NCBI GenBank assembly: GCA_050251055.1
Contig: JBFWNL010000009.1
Location: forward strand, 1 to 64,000
DNA length: 64,000 bases
Direction of reading: 5' to 3'
Source: Bacteriovoracia bacterium
Lineage (GTDB): Bacteria; Bdellovibrionota; UBA1018; JBFWNL01
Positions 31,872-40,914 of the stretch are shown here, piece by piece; position 1 is the first letter of the stretch; every line of letters starts with the position of its first letter. A model generated the notes under the pieces. It made no database searches, was not told the DNA's origin, and saw nothing but the letters and a program-made list of their open reading frames with translations. A program made the position numbers and the translations under genes.

Positions 31872-32000
31872 CCACCCGCCCGCCGCACTTAACGCCCTTC
31901 TACGCTTCGTGACTACTCCCCACCTACATTCTGTGAATGTTGCATTACATGCACCGGTTGAGAGTAGTCACGAAGACAGGGCTATGCGGCGGGCGGGTGG
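31872..32000. other. long multi-stem inverted-repeat structure upstream of xis
   Basis: Perfect 16-bp (31872-31887/31985-32000) and 14-bp (31905-31918/31962-31975) stems enclosing two small hairpins. Confidence 0.8.
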
Positions 32001-32013
32001 AGGGAGAATTAAT

Positions 32014-32334
32014 TTGGGAAGAAATCAAAACCTAAAAACAGAAGGCAAAGGCTCAGAAATCAAAATCCAAAGCGAATCAAAACTCAAATTGATCAAGACC
32101 GAAGTTCGTCAAAAACTGGATGCTGATCCCACATTGCTTCATAACGAATGGATGGACGCGTTCGAAGTAGCTACCTATATGGGAATTTCTTATGGCTCTG
32201 TTCGAAATATGACCTACCGAAGAGAGATTCCCTTCTATCGACTTGGGCGAAGGCTCAGATTCAAAACAGAAGAGATTCGCCAGCACCTCAGCATGTCGAA
32301 AGTGGGAATCAAGGAGTGGGGTCCATGCCGATAA
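32014..32334 (+). CDS. excisionase-like HTH_17 DNA-binding protein (start uncertain)
   Basis: WMDAFEVATYMGISYGSVRNM...IPFYRLGRRLRF; GGAGGGAG RBS before a TTG. Confidence 0.8.
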   Translation: MGRNQNLKTEGKGSEIKIQSESKLKLIKTEVRQKLDADPTLLHNEWMDAFEVATYMGISYGSVRNMTYRREIPFYRLGRRLRFKTEEIRQHLSMSKVGIKEWGPCR

Positions 32335-33428
32335 AGCCAATTCGTAAAGATGGAATGGTTGCAGGCTACGAAGTAACCGTGTCCGAAAATATCGGTCGAA
32401 AACGATTCCAAAAAAAGCGTCGATACAACTGCAGTCTCCCTGAGGCCAGAAAGCGGGAACTGGATTTGCTGGACGAGGTTAGACGGGACGCCAAAGAAGT
32501 AGGCGTGCCGACTTTCTGGGATTGGATTGAACGATGGCTTGAGACTGCTGCGCTGACACGCAAGAAATCTACTGTTGACGCCTATCGGAGTACTCTGAAC
32601 ACGCACGTTCCCCATGATCTGTGTCAGAAGCCAATTACGCGAATTTCGACGTCAGACATTCAGGGGATTGTTTTCAATCAAAAGGCAGAGATCACTCCCA
32701 AAACCCGCGAGAACCTTTTGCAGTGCCTGAAGGTCATACTCAAGCACGCAATGTACGATCATCTCATTCCGTTCAATCCTGCAGATGGAGTAAAAATTTC
32801 AGTCCCGGAAACAAAGCTCCAAGCGTGGACGATCAAGGAGATAAACCAGTTTCTTGAAGAAGCTTCTCGACGGCGGCATCCCTGGTATCCCATTTGGGTG
32901 ACAGCAGTTCTTTCAGGGATGCGAAGTGGTGAGTTGTACGCTTTGGAATGGGTCAATGTTGATTTCGAGAATCGACGAATCTACGTAGTGGCCAATTGGA
33001 CGCTCAAAGATGGATTGCACGAGACTAAGAATCGTCGGAATCGCGTCGTTCCGATGAATAGCCAGCTATTCAAGTTTCTAGCTGAACTCAAACTAAAACG
33101 AGGTTCTGAGAAGAACGTCCTTCCGCATTTCGATGAGTGGACAAAGGGGATGCAGGCCGCAGTTTTGCGCCGATTCGCAAAACAAATCGGACTCAGGCAG
33201 ATCAATTTCCATGCACTCAGAGCGAGCTTCATCACGATTTGCATGCTTCAAAGCGTATCTACGGTAAAGGTCCAAGCTATTGTCGGCCACCAACGGCTAG
33301 ACACAACGATGCGCTACATCAGAATTATCGGTGCAGATTTGGATGACGCTACTGAGAACATCGGCATCAACATCCCTATACCAAGCCAAACTGGCAACGT
33401 GGTCCTCTTTGCTCCAAGGCAAGGTTAA
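32325..33428 (+). CDS. tyrosine recombinase/integrase
   Basis: AAGGAG RBS; GMRSGE, TKN, HALR, GH, MRY catalytic set. Confidence 0.95.
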   Translation: MPIKPIRKDGMVAGYEVTVSENIGRKRFQKKRRYNCSLPEARKRELDLLDEVRRDAKEVGVPTFWDWIERWLETAALTRKKSTVDAYRSTLNTHVPHDLCQKPITRISTSDIQGIVFNQKAEITPKTRENLLQCLKVILKHAMYDHLIPFNPADGVKISVPETKLQAWTIKEINQFLEEASRRRHPWYPIWVTAVLSGMRSGELYALEWVNVDFENRRIYVVANWTLKDGLHETKNRRNRVVPMNSQLFKFLAELKLKRGSEKNVLPHFDEWTKGMQAAVLRRFAKQIGLRQINFHALRASFITICMLQSVSTVKVQAIVGHQRLDTTMRYIRIIGADLDDATENIGINIPIPSQTGNVVLFAPRQG

Positions 33429-33443
33429 TGACAATGGCAGGTA

Positions 33444-33472
33444 TTGACATGTACCCTATTTTGACGTACATT
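33444..33472 (+). promoter_or_regulatory. TA operon promoter with operator
   Basis: TTGACA, 17 bp, TACATT; inverted ATGTAC...GTACAT overlapping both boxes. Confidence 0.7.
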
Positions 33473-33483
33473 GGGAGGTGACG

Positions 33484-33789
33484 ATGCTTACTGACGTAAG
33501 ATCGTCTAAACGAGCACGAAAGAGCCTAAGCAAAGCGCCATTGCACGTTGTTCAGGCTTTCGGTGCTTGGTTAAGGACCGTAAGAGAGGTCGGCCTAGCA
33601 GAAGCTCAAAAAATTCCCGGCTATCACGATGAGCCATTGCAGGGAAAACTCAAGGGGTTGAGGTCATTCCGATTGTCTCTAGGCTACCGAGGATTTTATA
33701 GGATCGTAAAAGGAAGCGTTCAATTTGTACTAGTGGAGGAAGTGAATAAACATGACTACAAAAAGATCGAAAGGCTCTTCGGAGGATGA
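33484..33789 (+). CDS. RelE/HigB-like mRNA interferase toxin
   Basis: YHDEPLQGKLKGLRSFRLSLGYRGFY...VEEVNKHDY. Confidence 0.85.
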   Translation: MLTDVRSSKRARKSLSKAPLHVVQAFGAWLRTVREVGLAEAQKIPGYHDEPLQGKLKGLRSFRLSLGYRGFYRIVKGSVQFVLVEEVNKHDYKKIERLFGG

Positions 33790-34075
33790 GTTCATTGAAG
33801 GTCTGCTTGGCGGCCCGCTTACTTTTGGAATGGCCGTTGAAGCACTCCGCCTCCGTGATGAACTCTCGCAAGTTACCTTTGCAAAAAAGCTTGGAATATC
33901 TCGACAGTACCTTTGTGATGTTGAAAAAGGACGGAGACTCGTCAGCCCTGAGCAGGCCGCAAGGTTTGCAAAAGCATTTGGGCACCCACCAAGCGTCCTT
34001 GTTCAGTTAGCACTTCAAGACTCAGTAAGAGCGAGTGGACTAAAGCTCAAAGTAACTGTCGAGAATGCCGCCTAG
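33752..34075 (+). CDS. HigA-like XRE antitoxin
   Basis: LSQVTFAKKLGISRQYLCDVEKGRR; toxin-first gene order. Confidence 0.85.
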   Translation: MTTKRSKGSSEDEFIEGLLGGPLTFGMAVEALRLRDELSQVTFAKKLGISRQYLCDVEKGRRLVSPEQAARFAKAFGHPPSVLVQLALQDSVRASGLKLKVTVENAA

Positions 34076-34083
34076 CGAAAGTA

Positions 34084-34293
34084 TTACTTCTGCCTTGTAA
34101 GCTCCTGTTGTCGCCTACGGAAGTCGAATAAGATCCCGACGACTTCCTCCAGAATCTGAGAGTATTCTTTGTCTGAGACACAATGGAAGAATGTTTTAAA
34201 TTCAGTTGGATTCCACTTTTTTGAGGGAGGTCTCTTCCTTGGTTTTCCATCTTTTCGGTAGCCAAAAGGTGCATCTTCATTAGCTTCGACCAT
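34084..34293 (-). CDS. hypothetical protein
   Basis: AGGAGG RBS; overlaps the upstream gene. Confidence 0.55.
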   Translation of the reverse strand: MVEANEDAPFGYRKDGKPRKRPPSKKWNPTEFKTFFHCVSDKEYSQILEEVVGILFDFRRRQQELTRQK

Positions 34294-34786
34294 GTTTATC
34301 AGTAGCCTCCTTTGCTGTTTTTAACGGATATCTCGCGCCATGGCATGCATGATCTTTGGCCATTTCGAATGCTTGCGCCAATGTAATTCCACGATTGCGC
34401 AATTGATTGAGTATCGTCGTGGTTCCCCAGCTGAGCTCTCCAGAAGGTCGAACCGTCTTTTCGAGAAGCATCTTTGAGATGTGCCCATGCTTTCGATAGG
34501 CCTTCCGGAACTCATTGATGCAGAGATTCAGATCGAAGTTTTTGCCCAGCGCATTTTGCTTCGTCTTCTGCACTCTTTTGCCCATTTCGAGAGTCGCGTG
34601 CCTGCCGGCTTCAGAGCCTGACATAAGGGCTAAAATCCAACCTCGGATAAGCTCCTCTTCTTTGAAGCTAGTTGCATCGTCAACGCTTCCAAGTACTGCC
34701 AATTGCTCCTGGCGTTCTTCCTGCGCAACTTTGCGCATAAGGTAGTAGTAGGTTGTGTTCTTCCATTTCACTCGTTTTAGAAACAC
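34280..34786 (-). CDS. hypothetical protein
   Basis: GAGGAGG RBS before GTG at 34786; MFLKRVKWKNTTYYYL N-terminus. Confidence 0.6.
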   Translation of the reverse strand: MFLKRVKWKNTTYYYLMRKVAQEERQEQLAVLGSVDDATSFKEEELIRGWILALMSGSEAGRHATLEMGKRVQKTKQNALGKNFDLNLCINEFRKAYRKHGHISKMLLEKTVRPSGELSWGTTTILNQLRNRGITLAQAFEMAKDHACHGARYPLKTAKEATDKHGRS

Positions 34787-35065
34787 GGTAGTCCTCCTCG
34801 TAGGACAGCATCTTTTCACGCGTCCTAAGCAGAACCCTAATGATTGACGAGGTTTGGACAGGGACTTTGTACTGAGTTTCAAATGTCCCGTCCTAAACGT
34901 GTAGTTCGGAGTTGCAGCACAAATGCAGCACGCGCGTGTGACAAGCCGTGATTTCGAATGACAACGAAAAGTCATGACGAAATCACTACCTGTGATTCTA
35001 AATACTTAGAGAAGCTCGGGTTTTTGGAAATCGACTAGAGATTCGATTTCCATTTGACTTTTAAT

Positions 35066-35141
35066 TGGCGTCCCCACACGGATTCGAACCGTGGTTACCG
35101 CCGTGAAAAGGCGGTGTCCTAGGCCTCTAGACGATGGGGAC
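35066..35141 (-). tRNA. tRNA-Glu (TTC)
   Basis: GTCCCCA acceptor stem, CCGCC-TTTTCAC-GGCGG anticodon arm, GGTTCGAATCC T-loop, encoded CCA. Confidence 0.97.
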
Positions 35142-35387
35142 GCACACCGGACCAATTGGATTGGTTTAGAGATTCCCAGCAATACCCGCAAGGTGGAGGG
35201 AATTCAAGGGGGAGCTGGGGGCGCGGGTGAAAAAACCCCGAGTCCATTGTTAGACTATTTATGTCGGATTAAACCCGTCCTTTACCCTTCGGCTGATTTT
35301 ACTGATCCCTGGCTTATTTCGAAGGAATGCAATGATCCCAAATTTTTCCGGGTCTTCCGGGATTTTTCTCGGGATAATCGATCCATC

Positions 35388-35756
35388 ATGAACCAGAAAG
35401 AATCCGCGACCCAGTTCCTCGAAAGGGTGGCCGCCGGCCAAGTGAGCGAAGCTTACGAACGTTTCATCTCTCCTGACTTCATCCACCATAACCCCTACTT
35501 CAAAGGAGATCGCGAGTCGCTGATGCTCGCGATGCAAACCGCCCATCGGATGAACCCGCAAAAGCAAATCCAGATCAAGCACGTTTACGAGGATGGAAAT
35601 ACGGTCATCACGCATTCGCACGTTCGCCAGCGTCCTGAAGACCCTGGCGCGGCGGTGGTCCATGTTTTCAAATTTCGCGACGCCAAGATCGCCGAACTCT
35701 GGGATGTGGGCCAGCCGCTCGCGGTCGACTCGCCCAACGCGAACGGACCGTTTTAG
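35388..35756 (+). CDS. SnoaL/NTF2-like protein
   Basis: DFIHHNP, EDGNTVITHSH, VVHVFKF..KIAELWDV. Confidence 0.85.
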   Translation: MNQKESATQFLERVAAGQVSEAYERFISPDFIHHNPYFKGDRESLMLAMQTAHRMNPQKQIQIKHVYEDGNTVITHSHVRQRPEDPGAAVVHVFKFRDAKIAELWDVGQPLAVDSPNANGPF

Positions 35757-35863
35757 CGCGCCCGCTTCGCTGCCAGCCACGTGTAAAACTCGCGGCAAAA
35801 CTCAAGGTGGACATCCGGGATTTGTATCCCTATCCTAGGCCGTTCCAAACAAAAGGAGAGCCC

Positions 35864-36748
35864 ATGAAGCCCACCCCCCGCATGAGAACGTGTCTTTGGT
35901 TCAACGACCAGGCCGAAGAAGCCGCGAAATTTTACTGTTCCTTGTTTAAGAACTCCAAATTTGGCGAAGTGGTGCGCTACCCTGAAAAAGTAGCCCAGCA
36001 TGTGAAGGCAAAACCGGGTAGCGTGATGACGGTGACGTTTGAGCTGGAAGGTCACGCGATCCTGGGCCTCAACGGGGGCCCTCTCTTCCACCACACGCCT
36101 TCGCTTTCTTACTTCGTTTGGTGCGAAACAGAAGCGGAAATCAGCGAGCTGTGGAAAAAGCTACACGAAGGCGGTAAAGCGCGCATGGGTCTGGACAAGT
36201 ATCCCTGGGCCGAACGTTACGGCTGGACGACCGATCGTTTCGGGGTCGAATGGCAGCTCATGCTGAAGCAAAACCCCGTGAAGCTCGCGCCCGCGTTTCT
36301 TTTTGTCGACGAGCTTTTCGGCAAAGGCGAAGCGGCGATTTCCTTTTACCGCTCTATCTTCAAGGAATCAAAGCTCGACTTCATGGCAAAGGATGAAAAA
36401 ACGAATACCGTCATGCACGCCGTCTTCTCCCTCAATGGTCAGACCTTCGTGCTGATGGAAGGCCAGGGCCAGCACGGGTACACGTTCTCGACGGCATTTT
36501 CCATCGTTGCTCACTGCGACACCCAGGCTGAAATCGACCACTACTGGACGAAGCTGACCGCGGACGGCGGCCGCTCCAGCCAATGCGGGTGGCTGGAAGA
36601 CCGATACGGCGTCTCCTGGCAGATCGTGCCTTCGCAGCTCGACGAATGGATGCGCGAGCCAAAGAAGGCCGCGCAGGTCATGGACGTCGTCATGCAGATG
36701 CAGAAGCTCGACCTACAAAAGATGCAGCAAGCTTACGAGCAAGGCTAA
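35864..36748 (+). CDS. VOC/PhnB-like two-domain protein
   Basis: CLWFNDQAEEAAKFY, LNGGP, CGWLEDRYGVSWQIVP. Confidence 0.88.
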   Translation: MKPTPRMRTCLWFNDQAEEAAKFYCSLFKNSKFGEVVRYPEKVAQHVKAKPGSVMTVTFELEGHAILGLNGGPLFHHTPSLSYFVWCETEAEISELWKKLHEGGKARMGLDKYPWAERYGWTTDRFGVEWQLMLKQNPVKLAPAFLFVDELFGKGEAAISFYRSIFKESKLDFMAKDEKTNTVMHAVFSLNGQTFVLMEGQGQHGYTFSTAFSIVAHCDTQAEIDHYWTKLTADGGRSSQCGWLEDRYGVSWQIVPSQLDEWMREPKKAAQVMDVVMQMQKLDLQKMQQAYEQG

Positions 36749-37824
36749 CCGCCGCGTTTGCTTTTCGACCGCTGCGCGGCTTCCTTGCTTCGTTTCTTCC
36801 AAAGCTTGCGCTGCTCGGATGCAAGGGCCTTGTCCTGCTTACGCATTTCGAAACGCACCTCGGCCGCGAGCTTCAGATAGCTCGCCCACCGATCTTCCCC
36901 AAGCTCCCCGTTCGCGCGCGCCGATTTCACCGCGCAGTCGGGTTCGGTGTCGTGCTGACAGTCGTTGAACCGGCACGACTGCGCCCACTCCTCAATGTCC
37001 GCAAACTGGGCGCTCACCCCTTCTTCGTGGTCGGCCAGCTGCAGTTCCCGCATCCCCGGCGTATCGATCACGAGCCCACCGAATCGACTGACATAGAGCG
37101 CGCGGGAAGTCGTGGTGTGCCGCCCACGCGCGTCGTCCTCGCGAATGGCCTGCGTCCGAATGCGATCGTCGTCGATAAGATAGTTCACGAGCGTGGATTT
37201 TCCCACTCCCGACGAACCCACGACCACGGCGGTCTTACCCACCTCGAGATAAGCCGCGAAGAATTCCGCCTGCGCGAAATTCGCTTGCGACAGAGCGTGC
37301 ACATCCACGCCGGGGAAGGTGCGTTGCGCGTCCCACACCGCCGCCTCCACGTCTCCCGTGTCCGCACAAAGGTCCGCTTTGGTAAGGAGGATCACGGGCG
37401 TGCAGCCCGACTCCCACGCCATCACGAGGTAACGCTCGAGCCGCCGATGATTCAGGTCTTCATTCAACGACGTGGTAATGAAGATCGTGTCGACGTTCGC
37501 CGCCAAAATCTGCATACCGCCCGCCGTACCCGCTTGCTTGCGTTGAATCACGGTCTTGCGAGGATAGACGCCATGAATTACCCCACGGTCGTGCGGATTG
37601 GGGGTATCCACCAACACCCAATCGCCCACCGCGGGATAACTTTCCCGCCCGTCGGCGTTGAATTGCATTTTTCCGCTCACACAAGCCCAACGCATGTCGG
37701 TCTCCGAGAATTGAACGCGATACAGTCCGCGCTCTTCGCAAATGACTCGGGCCGGCCTCCAAGCGGGCGAAAGCAGTCCGAGGTTTTGGCTTTCAAAGAA
37801 GCCATCCCAGCCTAAAAAGTGCAT
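36745..37824 (-). CDS. rsgA: ribosome small subunit-dependent GTPase A (long paralog type)
   Basis: PAVGDWV, TKAD, GSSGVGKST, GRHTTT, DTPGMRE, CRFNDCQHDTEPDC. Confidence 0.93.
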   Translation of the reverse strand: MHFLGWDGFFESQNLGLLSPAWRPARVICEERGLYRVQFSETDMRWACVSGKMQFNADGRESYPAVGDWVLVDTPNPHDRGVIHGVYPRKTVIQRKQAGTAGGMQILAANVDTIFITTSLNEDLNHRRLERYLVMAWESGCTPVILLTKADLCADTGDVEAAVWDAQRTFPGVDVHALSQANFAQAEFFAAYLEVGKTAVVVGSSGVGKSTLVNYLIDDDRIRTQAIREDDARGRHTTTSRALYVSRFGGLVIDTPGMRELQLADHEEGVSAQFADIEEWAQSCRFNDCQHDTEPDCAVKSARANGELGEDRWASYLKLAAEVRFEMRKQDKALASEQRKLWKKRSKEAAQRSKSKRGG

Positions 37825-37826
37825 GA

Positions 37827-37960
37827 GATCTCCCTAATTGAGTTTTACAGATTCAGGTTCGTAGGATTGAACTCAAGGAGATCGGTCGCGGTCGAAGTTG
37901 CGAGTTATTGCGAACGGAGGCCTTGAGTGGTGTGAGTGACAAACATCTTGTGGCCTCCTT
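37827..37960 (-). promoter_or_regulatory. leader-peptide translational attenuator of rsgA (uORF 37905-37946, MFVTHTTQGLRSQ)
   Basis: AGGAGG RBS, 13-codon uORF, mutually exclusive stems, one of which covers the rsgA SD. Confidence 0.7.
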
Positions 37961-37999
37961 CTGGTTTGAAACGCTCCGCATAATTGCGGGTATGGAGAT

Positions 38000-38028
38000 A
38001 GATTAGATGACGCGCGCGCTTTCGTCAA
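38000..38028 (-). promoter_or_regulatory. sigma70-type promoter of the rsgA leader
   Basis: TTGACG (38023-38028), 17 bp, TAATCT (38000-38005) on the minus strand. Confidence 0.6.
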
Positions 38029-38165
38029 TGGGCTCGAAATGGCTTAGAAATCGGAGGCATTTCGAGCCCAGACCCGAACGCTGCCCTTACACTGGGAAAA
38101 ATCCCGAATCATTTTCGCTACCGTGACTGGTCCACATCCTGCTTAAGTCGCCCCCCAAGAGGGGA

Positions 38166-38747
38166 ATGTTTATGAAAAATTCAAAATGGATCGTGGGACT
38201 CGCTGCCGTGGGGATATTCGTTTTCTCGGGCGCGGCAATGGCAAAACCAAAACTCAGCTTGCCGGAAATTCAACGGCGCGCGGCTACCTACCATCTGCAA
38301 AAAGCCGAGCAGGCGGAGCTCAGCGCGGTGGGTTTGCTGGATGTAGAAATTACGAGCGGAGATGAAGAAGAAAACGACCGCTGTCGTCCCTCTCGATCTC
38401 CATCGCCCGCGTGCATGGACTACGTGGCGGGCTCCTTCCCCACCACGGACGATCGGTTGGAAGCGGCCCGGATTTGTGCCGGCACCCGTGACTTGGTTTG
38501 CGCGGAGTACGTCGCGGGCGCCTTTCCTACGAAAGAGACGCGTATCGGGGCCGTGCAAGTTTGCCGGGGGAACCAGGGGATTGCTTGCGCCGAATTCGTC
38601 TCCGGATCATTCCCAACGAGCGGCACGCGTAAGCAAGCCGTCGAGGCCTGCCGCTGGGCGGATGTGGAATGCGTAAAAGCGGTAGCGGGAAGCTTCCCCA
38701 CCTCGGATACGCGCTTAGCCGCCGCGCGGGCCTGTGGCGGTCGCTAG
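38166..38747 (+). CDS. secreted protein with four Cys-bracketed repeats
   Basis: Signal peptide ending AMA; 4 x C-x3-V[AS]G[SA]FPT-x3-R-x2-A-x3-C. Confidence 0.8.
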   Translation: MFMKNSKWIVGLAAVGIFVFSGAAMAKPKLSLPEIQRRAATYHLQKAEQAELSAVGLLDVEITSGDEEENDRCRPSRSPSPACMDYVAGSFPTTDDRLEAARICAGTRDLVCAEYVAGAFPTKETRIGAVQVCRGNQGIACAEFVSGSFPTSGTRKQAVEACRWADVECVKAVAGSFPTSDTRLAAARACGGR

Positions 38748-38764
38748 CGGCTGACCCGCGTGCC

Positions 38765-39154
38765 TTAAGCCAATCGGCTACGATGCTCTTGGTAAATGCA
38801 GTTTCCGGAAATGACCTCGAGGCCAAGCTCGCGCGCACGTGCTTCGGCCTCGGGGTTCTCGGCCCCGGGCTGCAGCCAGAACACCACCGGTTTTAGCGGG
38901 GCCACCTCTTCCACGAGCGCCGGGATGGCATCCGGCGAACGAAAGACGTCGACGATCTCCAGCGGCTGCGCCTCTTTTAAAGTTGCCACAATCCGAAGAC
39001 CTGGAATTTTAGGTAACCCAGGATTGACCCCCACCACTTCATATCCTTTTTCCTGAAGATAGCGGGCGATCCAGTGGCTGGGGCGCTCGGGGTTAGCACT
39101 GATGCCGACGACCGCCACTCGACGATGATCACGGAGCAGTTTTTCGATATCCAT
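38765..39154 (-). CDS. CoA-binding protein (YccU-like)
   Basis: VAVVGISANPERPS, IVDVFR, WLQPG. Confidence 0.9.
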   Translation of the reverse strand: MDIEKLLRDHRRVAVVGISANPERPSHWIARYLQEKGYEVVGVNPGLPKIPGLRIVATLKEAQPLEIVDVFRSPDAIPALVEEVAPLKPVVFWLQPGAENPEAEARARELGLEVISGNCIYQEHRSRLA

Positions 39155-39352
39155 CCCTCGAACTTAGCACAAAAAACCCGGTTTCAAGGTTTCTTGAGAG
39201 AGCGCCTATTTCCGCGGGAATGGGCGCATTTTTACCCCGCAAGTCACGAATGACACAGGTCCAGACTCCATTTGTAAACGGACCAAAATCTCTGGTTGAA
39301 CATTAAAAAAGACGCATCGCGCATACTGAATCCAAGCAAGACAGGAGAACCC

Positions 39353-40132
39353 ATGCTCGACCCGATCGTAAGCAAAATTCTAATCGGCGCCTTCATAGCC
39401 CTGTCGTTCTCCGGCTGCATGAAGCTGAGCGTGGAAACGGGTCAATTGAACAACTTCCGTTCGGAAATGACCATCAGCGTGGATTCATTGCAAACCTTGC
39501 CGCGGGCGAATTGGCTGCGCGATCAGCTCAGCCGAGTTTATGTGAGCGGAAAAACGGTGGAAGTCAAAGGCAGCTGCTCCCGTGGGGTCCGCACCGTGCA
39601 GGCAATCCACGGCGGAAAAAAAATCGGGACCGACGCGACTTGCCTCGGTAACGGAACCTATCTTTGGCGCGCCGAGCTGGCCGATGGAGAATACGAAATT
39701 ACATTTCAGCCCAAAGCCAGCGGCGACAGCTTGGGCGTAGGCAACTCGGTTCAAGAAGTGGTCGTGATCGATACCGTGCCACCGCCCCCCCCGGTCATCC
39801 TAACCAATGACGGAAATCCCGTGGCGATGATGAGTTCCAGCTTGCAACTCGAAGGAGAATTTTTCGCTGACGGTATCCGGGTGCAAGCCCTCGATGGCGG
39901 GAAGGTCGAAATGAACGCGGGCCTCACCCGCTTCTACTACGACGTCAAGCTGGCCGCCGGGGAAACCGCCGAGCTTGCCTTCGCGGCGGTCGACTTCGCG
40001 GGAAACCGATCGGAATACACGCGAATCCAGGTTTCCCACTTTGGCGTGCTCGACCTTTCGGTGATAGCACCAGTCGGAGTCGGCACCTGGCTGCACAATC
40101 TAACGGTCGGAAATTGGAAGAGTCTGATCTAG
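39353..40132 (+). CDS. lipoprotein with Ig-like domains
   Basis: Lipobox FSGC; LADGEYEI, IDTVPPPPP, AVDFAGNRS. Confidence 0.7.
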   Translation: MLDPIVSKILIGAFIALSFSGCMKLSVETGQLNNFRSEMTISVDSLQTLPRANWLRDQLSRVYVSGKTVEVKGSCSRGVRTVQAIHGGKKIGTDATCLGNGTYLWRAELADGEYEITFQPKASGDSLGVGNSVQEVVVIDTVPPPPPVILTNDGNPVAMMSSSLQLEGEFFADGIRVQALDGGKVEMNAGLTRFYYDVKLAAGETAELAFAAVDFAGNRSEYTRIQVSHFGVLDLSVIAPVGVGTWLHNLTVGNWKSLI

Positions 40133-40161
40133 GGGCTTTATAGAGAAAATTGCTAAATGAT

Positions 40162-40845
40162 CTATTTAACGGTGCGACGCCGACGCGTGGGGCTTGGCTT
40201 CTCGTCGAGTGGATTGTCGAAAAAATCCACGAGCCCCGTCTCGAGGCAGTACTCCGCGCCCACGATCGTGAGCTTGTCTTCGCGGACCAACTCCTCGAGA
40301 AACCGGCTGCCATGACGAAGATGATCCGTCGAAGCCATGACGTTAGCGCGCACGGCATCCCGCCAGACCTGATCGCGCTTGCGCGAACGTTTTCCGCGGG
40401 CCGCCAAGCGCTCGATGTGTGGACGGATCCGGCCCACGATGGCCTGAATATTCTCCGCCGGCACGGTTTCACGCCCGGAAATGGACTCCAACGTGGCGTG
40501 AATGGCCCAACACTCGGTGTGCCCCATGACGATCACGAGCTGGGCCTGGGTGGTTGCCGCCGCGAACTCGACACTACCGACCTGGGAAGGCGCGACAATG
40601 TTTCCGGCCACGCGGATGACGAACAAATCTCCTAAGCCTTGGTCAAACAAGATCTCGGCGGGTGCGCGGGAGTCGGAGCAAGAAAGAATAATCGCAAACG
40701 GTCCTCGCGGTTTGGCCATCAGCCAACTCGCGTCGGTTTTCTCGGGTAACTTACCGGCCCGGCGTTTGCGCACGAAGCGTTTATTACCTTGCATGAGTCG
40801 TAGCAAAGCTTGTCGTGCAGGAATGGGCTTCATGTTCTTGGGCAT
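40162..40845 (-). CDS. beta-class carbonic anhydrase
   Basis: CSDSR, RVAGN, GHTEC zinc ligands. Confidence 0.92.
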   Translation of the reverse strand: MPKNMKPIPARQALLRLMQGNKRFVRKRRAGKLPEKTDASWLMAKPRGPFAIILSCSDSRAPAEILFDQGLGDLFVIRVAGNIVAPSQVGSVEFAAATTQAQLVIVMGHTECWAIHATLESISGRETVPAENIQAIVGRIRPHIERLAARGKRSRKRDQVWRDAVRANVMASTDHLRHGSRFLEELVREDKLTIVGAEYCLETGLVDFFDNPLDEKPSPTRRRRTVK

Positions 40846-40914
40846 ACGCCAGGCACTATGGCACAGTTTGCCCGGAGAAACCAGCGCTCCGCGAATCTTA
40901 AATAACGATATAGT

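Larger units (their letters stand above)
13730..35076. mobile_element. integrative heavy-metal resistance element at tRNA-Glu
   Basis: 14-bp direct repeat AATTGGCGTCCCCA at 13730-13743 and 35063-35076 (tRNA 3' end); internal tyrosine integrase, excisionase and TA module; visibly lower GC than the flanks. Confidence 0.85.

Noticed and set aside
31909-32013. N-terminal extension of the excisionase ORF
   Set aside because: Runs through the large stem-loop; a better RBS precedes the downstream TTG.
31369-34293. Prophage interpretation of the xis/int region
   Set aside because: No capsid, terminase, tail or lysis genes; the cargo is metal resistance.
35091-35387. N-terminal extension of the SnoaL ORF
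   Set aside because: Overlaps the tRNA antisense; the domain begins at ATG 35388.
36583-37815. 410-aa plus-strand ORF
   Set aside because: Antisense shadow of rsgA.
38410-38740. Periodic DNA repeats as a possible CRISPR array
   Set aside because: They are degenerate in-frame protein repeats; no identical repeats with unique spacers and no cas genes anywhere in the window.
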